Of a DNA stretch of 64,000 nt, positions 11,982 through 23,607 are shown in pieces. Every line of letters begins with the position of its first letter. Position 1 is the stretch's first letter. Under the pieces are notes generated by a model. The model ran no database searches, was not told the origin of the DNA, and saw nothing but the letters and a program-made list of their open reading frames with translations. Location: positions 8,122,001 through 8,186,000 of the forward strand of contig CM068751.1 of assembly GCA_035084275.1 (NCBI GenBank), given 5' to 3'. The stretch is from Hydrolagus colliei (Eukaryota). The translations under genes and the position numbers were made by a program.

Positions 11982-12976
11982 GTTGAGATGGCTGGGATCA
12001 TTGACAGATTGAAACCACGCAAAGTGCGTGTGTGTATGTGTCTGTCTGTCTGTGTGTGTCCCACGCCTTGTTAATGACTGACTGACTGTGACTGACTGAC
12101 TAACTCACTCACTAAGTCTGATGGTTTGTTAAACCAGGAAGCGGAACTCAATGCTGCACAATGATAATTATAACAAATGCCATTTACTCTTTTCCCCAAT
12201 AAATCTTCAATCCACAATATTTTTTGTTTCCCCCTCCCCCCACACTCTCCTTATTCTTTTTTTCTTCTTGTTGTATTGTATGTATGTATATGTGTGTGTG
12301 TGTCTTGTGAGCAAACCTCTTGTCTGTTACAGGACTGTGAAAGTGAAATCCCATCAGATCACTCTAGACGTGATGTGCCTGAACTAATTATCTACCCACC
12401 TCCCTTTTTCTGCTTAGCTGTCGGTTAGCAGAAAAAAAATAGTTTGTAGAAAAGACCACATCTTAACCCTCCCTGACCTTTTCCTAATGATTTCATCTCT
12501 GGAATAACAAATAATTCTGGCTTTATTGCAATCAAGTGTGTGTGTGTGTAAAAAAAAACACCACTAATTATTCAGTTACGGTTTGGTTAGGTTACAAAAG
12601 CTAGATCAGCATTTTAGTTATATTTCCTACAAACATTTTCATTTCTGTCTCAACTTTTTGCAGCTCAGTTTCTCCCAATTGTTAGCACCACCTAGTGCTG
12701 GCAACTCACAAAATCGGAACTGTGTTTCCCTGCCTGTATTTGTAACTGACTACAGGGTTAGTTTATGGTTGATGGTCCCATTTATCAAACAAAAATAGTT
12801 ACAATTTGGCCACTCAATCCATTGCCACAGATTTAATTTCTTAATTAAAAAAAAAAAATGTTTACAGATATGCTTCTCTAAAATCTGCAAATTTCATCAG
12901 GTGAGATTCTTTTTCCGTCCAATGATCAACGGGATTGTCTCCCGGGCGCGGCTTTACTTAACTTGAGTATTTATAA

Positions 12977-13177
12977 TGATAATAATATTAATCTTTGCAT
13001 TTGATATAGCACCGGATCATGTTTCTAGACTAATCAAAGCGCTTCGCAGAATATACTGTATTGTAAAGTGAATTGACCGTATATTTTGTGGGCGAAATGT
13101 GACAGCCAATTGTGCACAGCATTGTCCCACAAACATTCGTGGATTGAGCGACCAATTTATTCTTTTAAGGGATTATC
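12977..13177 (-). mobile_element. 5'-truncated SINE
   Basis: Reverse complement of the family 3' two-thirds with an (AAT)n tail. Confidence 0.85.
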
Positions 13178-14514
13178 ACTTAATGGTTAAAAAAAAATGC
13201 ATAGTTGCTGTTTTGGAAAAGGTTGCTCGTCTGTTTTGTGGTTATTTGTTCCGTTCAGGTGACTGGTTACTTGAATCTGTGGGGAAAAGTTCGCTCTGTG
13301 TGGGGATAAATTAGTTTAAGAAGTGAAGCGTCTCAGAAAACATGAGAGACCGAAATTAGCAACTTTCTCTTTGTATATATTACTTTCAATCAAGCAGTGG
13401 CAGCCCAGATTTACATTGTAGACATACTGTACATATATATATAGTATATTGTATGTATGTGTATATATATATGTGTGTGTGTGTGTGTAAATGTGTGTAT
13501 ATAGCAATCCCTTCTCCAAAGTTATTAAGGTTGGAAGACTGAGAGATACAGAAGTTATCGGAATATACCATGGGCTACTGAGATTGACGGACAACAATGA
13601 GAAGTTGCCATATTGATGATAGTAGTAGTGACAGGCAGGGTGTTATAATCAGAAGTTAGGCCTCTGTTTCATGATCTCATAACGTGGGATCCAGCAGTAG
13701 GGAACGAACATTTTTTTTGCCTTTTGCTTTCAATGGTTGTTAATATAATAGATCAAATATGTATGAGGTATTAAGTAACCTCGCCCATGTCAACTTTTAT
13801 CTCCTCTCTAACTTTAATACAGTGGACCCAGGAGATGTGCTCTGCAGGCAAAGATGAACTCTCACAGGGACATGTATCACAATGTCAGAATCAGTAACGT
13901 GTAATGTTTATGTATTAGAAAGGCTCTTACGGCAGTTGTCGCAGGCTGGAATTGGAAGGACTGAAGCCCATCGCATGTCTCCTCTTGCTGCTGCAGTAAT
14001 GCCTTTGCAGTAATTCCAAATTATTATTTCTATTGTTTATTTGAGATTTTTTTTTAAAAAGCAAAACATTTTTATTTGTTCTGGTTGTATTTTAAGTTCT
14101 CTACATCTCTATGGAAAGGTTTCATGAGGTGGTACATTAACACACCAACAATTTAATTTGCTTGAAATGATTTTTCAGTTTTTACAGTAGATCACAAATG
14201 AGACAACTTTCAATATATAGTCTCCTACTTTATGATCTATTATCGTTGATACTGCTTATTGTATAATGTTATGAAGTGGGGAATTAAGATAACCTAGATT
14301 GCCTTTGGTTACCCATCTTTATGGCTTGTAGTAACATGGATTCTGGTGAAGACCAGTCAATTGATAAACTTGAAAACAATAGGCCCTAAATTGTCTATTT
14401 TTGTCCCTAGCTAATTCCTCTAATGTTGGCAATGTCCCTTGTGGCTATTATGTTCTTATGTTCTTAGGTTGCAGCCACCAAAATTGTATCAGTACCCCAG
14501 GTGCTGCTGCTGCA

Positions 14515-14695
14515 AATGAAACTTGTACAGTGCCTTTCAAGAGGACGTCCCTGGACAGTCACTGTTTCAGACCCGAGCTGGGGTTGGGATCGGGGAGGGG
14601 TGGACGGAAAGGAGGGGAGGCACGGTGACCAATAGGACCATCGAAGAAGTCAACAATTTCCATTTATATAGCCCTTTTCATACGTCTCGGAGGAC
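14515..14695 (-). mobile_element. L2-clade LINE 3' UTR fragment plus a second short tail
   Basis: GTTTCAGACCCGAGCTGGGG...GGTGACC is near-identical to the L2 3' UTR at 55870-55950. Confidence 0.75.
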
Positions 14696-17600
14696 ACAAA
14701 CTGATCAACTTTAGCATGACCTGAGGGGATCTGAACTCAACCAATTCGGTAAAACAGCCCAACATCCTATTTGTCTTGTTCTACCTTTCCTGCCATGCCA
14801 GATGATATTTATTAGAGTATTTTTTTGTTCAAGATTTTTTTTTCTGATGTTGTACCTCATCAGTTTTTCAATGATTGAGGTCAAGCTGATGGATTTTAGC
14901 TGATGGTTAAACACAATGTACACGATAAGGGAAATGGTTCATAATCTCAACCATCTGAGGATGCCAACATGTTTTAGTTTGTGTATCTAATCATTGATTA
15001 ACTATAGAGATAACCTTTTTGCCACAACAGAGGATGCTACTATTGCAGAATAAGCAGGTTCTGCAAATTGTCTTTATAATTAATTTGTATAGCAGATTAT
15101 TGTATGAATAGATTAATTCTGATTTGCACACAAAGTAAACACAGGCTCCCAGTTGAATTTATCTTCGGATATTTGTATTTTAATTAACCTTTTTTTTAAT
15201 TATAGAAAGACTTTTGTTTCAAATAAAAGGCAACTTAAAATATCACCCAAAATAATTGAAGAAGGAAATAGTCAATGAAATTTCACAATCCTAAATATTC
15301 ACTTTAGTGCTCTTAATAAGTAAATATCTTGCATGATGTCTAATCATGCGGTATGAGAATTACATCACATGAGAGATCTTTAATGGAAACAAAGACACTA
15401 ACAGCAAACATTGAATTTTTTCATCAGGGAACAGATATCACAGCAACTAAAACAGCCAAAACAAATGCTTGTCTGATCCGATAAGAGTCAGACATAACCC
15501 ATGGTAATGATGGACAGAGAGAAGTGAATAAATGCAATGAAAGGAATTCAGACTTCCTCTGAAGTCCATTACATATTGGCATTAATTATATTTCTAAACA
15601 CAGTTATTCAGCTGGCTTTCTCAGGCCTCACTTATATGCTGGCAATTACTGTCAAAAGAAAACCTCCACTTTTTTCAGGCAACAAATTGATTAGCTCAGA
15701 ATCTGCACTTACAAAGTCTGTGCATCAGGCACTTCATTTAATTTGTTTTAATATTACACCATCAGCTGAATATGAAGCAGTCATAATCGGATGGGCTACA
15801 TCTAGATTGGATTGTAATTGAGCAGAAATCCAAGATTCAATTGAACAATCGCTAAATTTGAAAGAAACATCATAACTATTGTCTGTAACACGGTACGTAA
15901 CTTGGGAAGCGTTTAATTTATAGTTACTTGGACTGTATGTTGTTAAACTAGCTTATATTTGCTGTAACCAACATACAAATGAGAGCAGTTATAAGCACAT
16001 TACTGCTTCTGTACGAGATTCCAGTTTGAATTCTGTAATGTGATGGTCAAAGAAGAAGGAACATGAGAGGCAACCCAACTATCAGCTTCCAGCCAGTGGC
16101 CATGGAAAGCTGTAATATTCATAACACATTACTGTCAGCATTTTATTTGCAAAAAAAATCATTTTTGCCCCACAGTCATGTGGGGATTATTCTCCAAAGT
16201 CATGCAATTTTTACTCTTATTTGTTCGCTTATTGAACAGAAATACAATTTGAGTGACACGCAGAGATGCAAATGCGTGACACATCAATTGCACCACAAAC
16301 TATAATTGCTGCACATTTATTTAAGCAGTTACAGATAATCACCTAAACTGTACAAGTGAATTGATGACAAGCTGTTCAAAGATATGACTGCAACTTGCCA
16401 CTCCTCTAACCCCTGTACAATGCAGATAGAATACATTTTGAGCATAATTTACTGTGTTTGTGAAGGAAATATTTTGTAAGGTTTTTTTGTTTCCTTTTCC
16501 TGTTCTGTTTGCTTTCAGAGCTGCCTTGTCTTGGTGTTATCCTTAAGGAGAAACTGAGAGTGTACACGCAGGGTAGAGGACAGACACACAACATTGACAA
16601 CAGCAACAACAAAATTACACTTGTATAATGCCTTTCACGTCAGAAGAACATTAAGTATTTTCCACCAAAGAATAGTTATGAAGCAGGCAATAATTTTTAT
16701 TAACTTCTGTTTTACCCAGAAGGCCAGGTATCTTTTGTCAAGCTGTTTGTGACAGAATAATTCTGCAGAAGTCGTAAGTTAAATAATATCTCTAAAGAGA
16801 TTTGAAAATACCAAATATGAACTGTGAAACTTTCCAGAATTACTGTATTATCAAATATAATTTGATAACACTATTTAGAGCATTCATTTATTAAGCTGCG
16901 ATACTGAACAGTTTGGGTGTCAATCTGTGTTCAGATTTCTCTGCAGCAGCAAATGTAATAATCCTCCAAATTAATTTAGTATTTGATCTGTACTGTCAAC
17001 GTTTTCTGAACGACTAGCTCCAATCGCTATGATGTGCAGTAAATTACAAAGGTCTCAAGGGATAGTATTCACATCTGTAAAATGTGAGTATAGATGAAAC
17101 CAGAGAGTCTAAAACTGATCATGGAATTCTTTGTTTTCTGCTACAGATACATCATAAACCATAACTATACTATCCAGAAGGATGTCTGGCCAACACAGGA
17201 TTAGACTCAAACTACTCTGTTTCACACAAGAATTAAGTGCAGTGGCTCAACAAATTGAATGCACTGCCTCACTGGAAGCCCTTTTTGTATTATTGATGTG
17301 TTCTTAAAAGAACATTTCTCATTGTAGCATTCACCTGTTGTTCACAATTCCACACTGACAGCGCACTGGAAAAGGAGAAAGTACATGTGCAGAGTTGCAA
17401 TTTGCAACAGTGGACCGAAGCTTGGTAAGTGGAAACATTGAACAATAATGTGTATTTTTGAAGCACCCTTCGCATAGGAGGGTGCTTCATATGTGCGCTT
17501 CACAAGCATGGCATCGGATGCTGAGTAAGGGAGCAGGGAGAGTCAGAGGGTAGGGATGGGGAAAGTAACAATAAGCATGGTCAAAGAGGTAGTTTTTTTC

Positions 17601-17808
17601 CTAACATCCTCGTCAAAATGGTTTGACTTGCTTATGAATTCCATCTCACACGTAAATTACCCCGAGAGATGTCATGTGAAACTGAGCTGTTCTTTAGAAT
17701 TCGTTTTTTAATAGTGGCAGAACCTCCAAAATACTGATGTGCTTGCAACACAACATCCTGCGCCCTGACTAGTATGAGTCAAAATGGCTTGTCTGATAGT
17801 TTCATATA

Positions 17809-19012
17809 CAGTAGAAGCTAGGGTCCGTTGATATGGAAATTTTCCGATTTAGATATATCGGTAGGCTCATATCGAAATATACCAAAATATCGATATTTTT
17901 GGGGGTTTCGTACTGCGCATGGAGGTAAATAAATATCTTTCTCTCTCTGTGTCTCTCACACTCACTCTCTCCATCTCTGTGTTTTTCTGTCTGTGTCTCT
18001 GTCCTCTCTCACATCCCCCCCATCTCTATTTGTATATTATCACATCCACCCCGTCTCTCCCCCCATCCCCCCCCCGCCACCGTCCCTCTCTCCTCCCCCC
18101 CCCCACCCGCCGCCGATCCTCTCTCTCCCCCCCCCCCACCCCTCCCCCTGCCATCTCTCTCCCCCCCCCCAGCCCTTGCATACCTGTATATTGTATTCGA
18201 GGACTATGAATACAATATGGCGGCTTTGCAGCTCGGTCTGTGCATTGTGTATAGAGATGAGCATTCTGGGTCTTGTAGTTCAGTGTGCACGCATTCAGAT
18301 TTTTTCCTTCGATATATCGACTTTTTCGATATATCGATATTTTTGAAATGCCTATATCGGTATATCGATATGAAATATATCGGGTTTTAGCGATATATCG
18401 ATATATCGCCGAACCCTAGTAGAAGCCCGTTTATCCGTGACTCGAGGAACCGGCACTTCCGTATAACCGGCACGCCAAAAAAAAGTCCCCATTCGATAAA
18501 CCAGAACTTATCCAGAACAATAGCAGTGGAGCATTTGTAAATGCATAAATAATAACACAATAACAGAATATTGTATTGGTACTTATTGTTAAAACTACTC
18601 TCTTGCGCTTCTCACCTTTGCTGGTAGATCCTGCGCTTGAAGCCATGATGCTGCGGTTTGCCGATAGTGGGGTCTAGGGCTATCGGCTTACCGCTAGTAA
18701 AGTCGCGAGACTTTAAAATCACGCTGCCGTTTTTTTTCACCCACTTGGCGTCCTCCATTTAAAAAAGAATCGCTGGACTGTAAACCTCAATCAGTAAAGG
18801 TAAGAAGCGCAAGAGAGTAGTTTTAACATTAAGTACCAACACAATATTCTGTTAATATCTGTTATTGCTTAATCTGGTGTGTATGGTGAGTGTTAAAAGA
18901 ACTTTAATTTTTTTGTTGTGGGTTTTCGGCCGCGGGCCGCCCGAATATCCAGCAGGCGCTTTAACCAGCATCGGCCAGGTCCCGCAGATGCCGGATAAAC
19001 GGGCTTTTACTG
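17809..19012. mobile_element. Non-autonomous Tc1/mariner pogo/Tigger-family element, interrupted by a hAT MITE
   Basis: TIRs CAGTA(G/A)AAGCCCGTTTATCCG...CGGATAAACGGGCTTTTACTG with TA TSDs (17807-08 and 19013-14). Internal minus-strand MASSAGSTSKGEKRKRVVLTI resembles the N-terminus of Tigger/Jerky-like transposases. Confidence 0.85.
17819..18418. mobile_element. Non-autonomous hAT-superfamily MITE (600 bp)
   Basis: Termini TAGGGTCCGTTGATAT / ATATCGCCGAACCCTA. Exact 8-bp TSD GTAGAAGC at 17811-17818 and 18419-18426. Subterminal (CGATATATCG)-type repeats and a C/T-rich centre. Confidence 0.9.
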
Positions 19013-19848
19013 TACTTTGTCTGTGTATTCTTTACACAAAAATTGTTGACTTTCGTGTTGAACAGTATTCTGCCTGTCAAGACAGACAGGTTTTGAGAAC
19101 TTCAGTAACAGGCATAGGGGCACAGAAACAGAGACACTTGTTTTCAAGCATATCTCCAGGCAAGAGACACTGCAAAGAGATACATGTCCTTTTCATCCTT
19201 TAACAGATAGAAAACTGCAGTTATGTGTTCATTCTTCGGCTTGCTAAAACCATCACATAGCCTCCAGCAATTTTCATCATTCATATGCCAACCATTTTGA
19301 CTTGGATAGATTTGAAAAAAAAGGTGCATCTCTGGAAGAGATTTGGTTTTAAAAATAAAACAAATCTTCTGTAATTCATAGTTGGAGTGTAGGTACAGTA
19401 CATGGTTAGAGAACAATTCTGTATTTGTAGGAGAAACATGTTGTGGATCAAATAAGAAATCTATCTGGATAGGTAAACACCGACTACAAGTTACAATTGA
19501 GATGCAGATGGTATTTTCACAACAACCCGCGAGTGTGTATTCATAAGACTGATTTTATTTTGGAAAACAATAGTAAAACATACTTTTGGGGTTAAATGTT
19601 AGGGGACACCACTGGTGAACACATAGGGCCAAGATTCATAGAAGTTAGTTTATTCATATCTTTTTATCCACCAAATCAGAAATACTCACTGGGACTGAGG
19701 TTAAAATACATTCTTCAAGCCAACAAATAGCAATTTATATTTAGGGCAAAGCTGACTTTACTTTGCTGTTTCTTCTTTTACTGACGCACATTCCTGTGCC
19801 ATTCTGTGCTCCTTATTGTGTGGCAAATGGACAATAAAGAACAAACTG

Positions 19849-20005
19849 TAAAATACTGCAGCTACTGGAACAACAGCAACAAAATGCCATGCCTTTCACA
19901 TTGCAAGGAAACAAAAACAGAAGTGGGAACACTCAACAGTCAGGCAGCATTTATGGAGAAAGGAAAGTGAGTCGACGTTTCGGGTCCACGACCCTTCGTC
20001 AGATT
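19849..20005 (-). mobile_element. Penelope-like-element-derived short repeat carrying a hammerhead motif (copy 1)
   Basis: AAAATACTGCAG...AAAAACAGAAG...TCAGGCAGCATTTATGGAGAAAGGAAAGTGAGTCGACGTTTC; homologous to 58504-58635. Confidence 0.7.
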
Positions 20006-20009
20006 TCAC
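19967..20009 (-). ncRNA. Minimal type I hammerhead ribozyme motif
   Basis: Minus strand CUGACGA-AGGGUC-GUG-GACCC-GAAAC-GUC: intact core boxes, 5-bp stem II, palindromic ACGU stem III, GUC triplet. Stem I is imperfect. Confidence 0.65.
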
Positions 20010-20803
20010 AAGAAAGAAAACCCCGTAGAAAAATTGGACCATTTTTCACTGTTGAAGCTCAACAGATAATGGAGATTTAATATACAGTTACTAGATCCTG
20101 AGGGATCTATCCTTGGTCGTCTCCTTTCCCTCATATTCATGCTTTCCTTTTGATGCCCATCAGCAGCAATGTGTAAGTAAATAACACTCAACTCTATCTT
20201 GCTGTCTGTGGTATTGACTCCAGGACTACAGTTGTTCTGACAAACACCTTGTCTGACATCAAGCCCTCAATAAACCTTAGATTTCTCTAAGTCAACATCG
20301 ACAGACGTGAGGCTATTCTGCAGCATTGCTCACAGATCCGCTCTCTGCATCTGCCTCCTCAAACTCAAGGAGCTTTGCATGACCCTCATCTCTCCTTAAG
20401 ACCATTTATCCAGGCTTTGGCCAAGTCTACTTTCTCTATCTCAGCAAATTTGCTTATTTACCTCCTCATACAGCCAATAACAACAACAAAATTAGCTTTG
20501 TGAAATGCATTTCATGTCAGGAGGACGTCCCAAGGTTACTGAACAGTCAGGGATAAGGACCTGAATGTGGGATAGGAGAAAAATCTTCCTAAACCCTTTG
20601 CTAATTAATTAAGGGTTTAGGAGGATTAATTAATTAATCCTTCTAAGGATTTGTTTATATAGGTGCTAATTGATGTGTAAGTTTTAATTAAATGAATACA
20701 ATCATCCTATTGGTCCTGAAATTTTGGCTGGAGAAAAAAGGCAGATCAGCAAATATCTCTTCTTCAGACTTGTGTCAACTATTACTCATTCTTCATAACA
20801 TGT

Positions 20804-21090
20804 GTGGAGTCCTGTAGTGGTTAGAGCATTCAAAGCGAGAGACCGTGGGTTCGATTCCAGACAGGTCGGGGCAAATCCTAAGTCAAGTTTCCTTACTCCA
20901 CACTCCTGATAATAATCCCCCCCCCCCAAATTGGTTATTTCAATCCACAAAACTGCTGTGTGCAATTAGCTGTTGCATTTCACCCACAAAATATACAGTC
21001 ACTTCACTTTGTGGTATATCCTGTGAAGCGCTTTGAGACACCTAGAAGATGTAAAATGAGCTATATCAAATGCATATATTAATATTATTA
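20804..21090 (+). mobile_element. Near full-length SINE
   Basis: GTGGAGTCCTGTAG head, GGTTCGATTCC B-box, core and tail. Confidence 0.9.
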
Positions 21091-22214
21091 TGTCTGTGCA
21101 ATAGGATTTCTAAACTGAACAGTGAAAGGGGATTGTGGAAACAGCACTGCTCTACCATGAAAAGAGAAACGTAGGGAAGAAACTGCTTCTGAAATGTATT
21201 ACCTGTTCATATCAGAATTGGTATTTTACTTACATCCCTCCTGCCTATCGGATGTCTTATTATATGGCATTAAACATTTCAGTGCTCTCGTTGCTAAAAC
21301 ACCAAAACACACTTGATAAACCTGTTACCAATAAACTTATAGCCGTTCAATAAGTTAAGATAAATAACAGCAGCGATGCTTTGTTAAATGATTGCTTGGT
21401 GTCATGAATTGGAAACGAGCCGCTAATCACCCTTGATTCATAATCAATCTACTCTTCATTGGTAATCAGGATCGAGCATTTGATCCTGAATTATTCTGAG
21501 CCAATCATTATTCACAATCTCAATGAAATCGCTTGGTTCCTGCTTCAGCAGGGAGCAGAAGCCTTCAGCTACAACAACAGATGGAATGTAACCATCAGAT
21601 CAGATCAGCAAAATGGAGTTTAAATCAATAATCCAAAAAAATCCTTTTTTTTTCTCATTTCTACTCTTCTCAAGTTTGCTCAATAGCCATTAATCGTGTG
21701 TTTTTTTACAAAAAGAAAAAAAGATCCTTCTGGAGATGATTCTTAAATAATCACTCATTATTCTACCGTATTTACTTATAATTAAATCATCATCATTTCA
21801 GCTGAGCATTCCCATCCCACTGGGGACTTGTCTGCCTCATCCATCAAAAGAAAAAAAAACACAAACAAATTAAGTCTTGCGAGAGCAGTGAAAGCAATAA
21901 TAAAAAATTACATTTCCTATAACACTGAATGACGAAAGTAGCTCAACACGATAGGGAGGCTAATGCTAACATCACAGCCTAACCAAAACCTCTTTACTTG
22001 GGGGAGGCAAAAAAGGTCACTTTGATTGCTTGTATTGCCTTTACCTTCTGTTTTTCAAATTGTCACAACAAAATCACATTAGCTGTTTCACACCAAATTT
22101 AGCCTGAGCTCACGGTCTATTGTTTTCTGGATTTATGCCCAGCTCCTTGGCTTCTGTATCTGTCACATATATCTCTCTTGCCACCTTCAAGACCCTTCCT
22201 CTTCGACCGTGCCT

Positions 22215-22513
22215 TAATAATAATAATAATATCCCTGAATTTGATATAGCGCTTTTCACATCTTCTAGACGTCTCAATGCGCTTCACAGAATACTGTGTA
22301 CTGCAAAGTGAATTCACTGTGTATTTGTGGGCAAAACGTGGCAGTCAATTGCGCACAGCAGTGTCCCACAAACCGTCATAAACTGAGTGACCAAATTATC
22401 GTTGTTTATTTTTTTGGAGGGGTTATTATTAGGTGTGTGGATTTCGCCCTGACCTGCCTGGATTCGAACACAGGTCTCACGCTTATAAGGCGAGTGCTCT
22501 AATCACTGAGCTA
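22215..22513 (-). mobile_element. Near full-length SINE inserted in an L2 3' UTR remnant (about 22130-22565)
   Basis: Consensus match. Flanks CTTCAAGACCCTTCCTCTTCGAC and CCCTCCCCGTCC continue one L2 3' UTR. Confidence 0.85.
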
Positions 22514-22629
22514 GGTACCTTTACTCACTCTCCGACACCTACCCTCCCCGTCCGCCCCCACCACTCTTGAGTCAATCACCAGCTCAGTTGCAGTTCCTGA
22601 CATCCAGCCCCTTGAGATGTCCTCCTTAC

Positions 22630-22768
22630 CTGAGGTAAAGTGGCCTTTACAAATGTAATCTGTTGTCTGAATGATGCACAGGTTCATGTCGCTGAAGTCA
22701 CTTCCGAATTCCTGAAACAGGTGATGAGATGGTCCCAACCACATTTCATCCGAATGGGATTGTAATTC
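22630..22768 (-). other. Candidate internal exon (139 nt) of an unidentified transcript
   Basis: Acceptor TTTTGTTTCTACAG| and donor CAG|GTAAGG. One open frame (ELQSHSDEMWLGPSHHLFQEF...) with no homology I recognise. Confidence 0.35.
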
Positions 22769-22860
22769 CTGTAGAAACAAAACGAATTCCATTGTTGTAA
22801 ATCCCTTCAAGATGTGAAAAATGAAGCCTTTTGAGTGAAGTCCTGAATTTAACAATCTAT

Positions 22861-23040
22861 AATAAATTGGTCATTTCAATCCATGACTGTTTGTGGGACA
22901 CTGCTGTTTGCGATTGGCTGCCACATTTCGCCCATAAATACACAGTCAATACACTTTACAGTATACTCTGTGAAGCGCTTTGAGATGTCTAGAAGACGTG
23001 AAATGCGCTGTATCAAATGCAAGGATTATTATTATTATTA
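22861..23040 (+). mobile_element. 5'-truncated SINE
   Basis: High-identity 3' half with (ATT)n tail. Confidence 0.9.
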
Positions 23041-23314
23041 ACAGATGTTTTAATCTAAGAGTATAAACCACTGGGATTTTGCAACATCAAACTAGAATAC
23101 CTGTGCGGGATAGCTTGCTGACTTACATTCTTGGCTTTTTTGTTTTAGTTCTGTAGTTTAATAATAATCTTCTTGATGTGTATTTGCATGGATAAAACAT
23201 GTTTTAAACACTTTAAATGTAATTATTATACATTATTGTTCAATTAAAGATGCACAACCTTACTTCCAAAGTTTTGGTAGGTAGGCAGGGGCAGAAGAAG
23301 AAAGTAATAAGAAT

Positions 23315-23607
23315 ATTAATAATCCTTGCATTTGATATAGCATTTTCCAGGTCTTCCAGACGTCTCAAAGCGCTTACAGAATATACCATAAAGTGTATAT
23401 AAGTGGGCAACAAGCGGCAGCCAGTTGCGCACAGCAGTGTCCCACAAACCATCGTGGATTGAAATGACCAATTTCTCATTGGTGTTTTTTGGAGGGATTA
23501 TTATTAGGCGTGTAGAGTAAGGAAACTCGGCTTGACCTGCCTGGATTCGAACACAGGTCTCATGCTTGTAAGGCGAGTGCTCTAACCACTGAGGTACAGG
23601 ACTCCAC
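23315..23607 (-). mobile_element. Full-length SINE
   Basis: Consensus match including the tRNA-like head. Confidence 0.9.

Larger units (their letters stand above)
11130..12150 (-). promoter_or_regulatory. CpG-enriched promoter/5' region of the DOCK gene
   Basis: CpG density is clearly above the CpG-depleted background around exon 1. Tandem ETS cores CAGGAAGCGGAACT at 12135-12148; (TG)n and (TGAC)n microsatellites at about 12025-12110. The TSS cannot be fixed from sequence alone. Confidence 0.6.

Noticed and set aside
18300-18418. Short palindromic repeats superficially like a CRISPR or operator array
   Set aside because: Irregular spacing with no unique spacers; they are subterminal repeats of the hAT MITE in a vertebrate genome.
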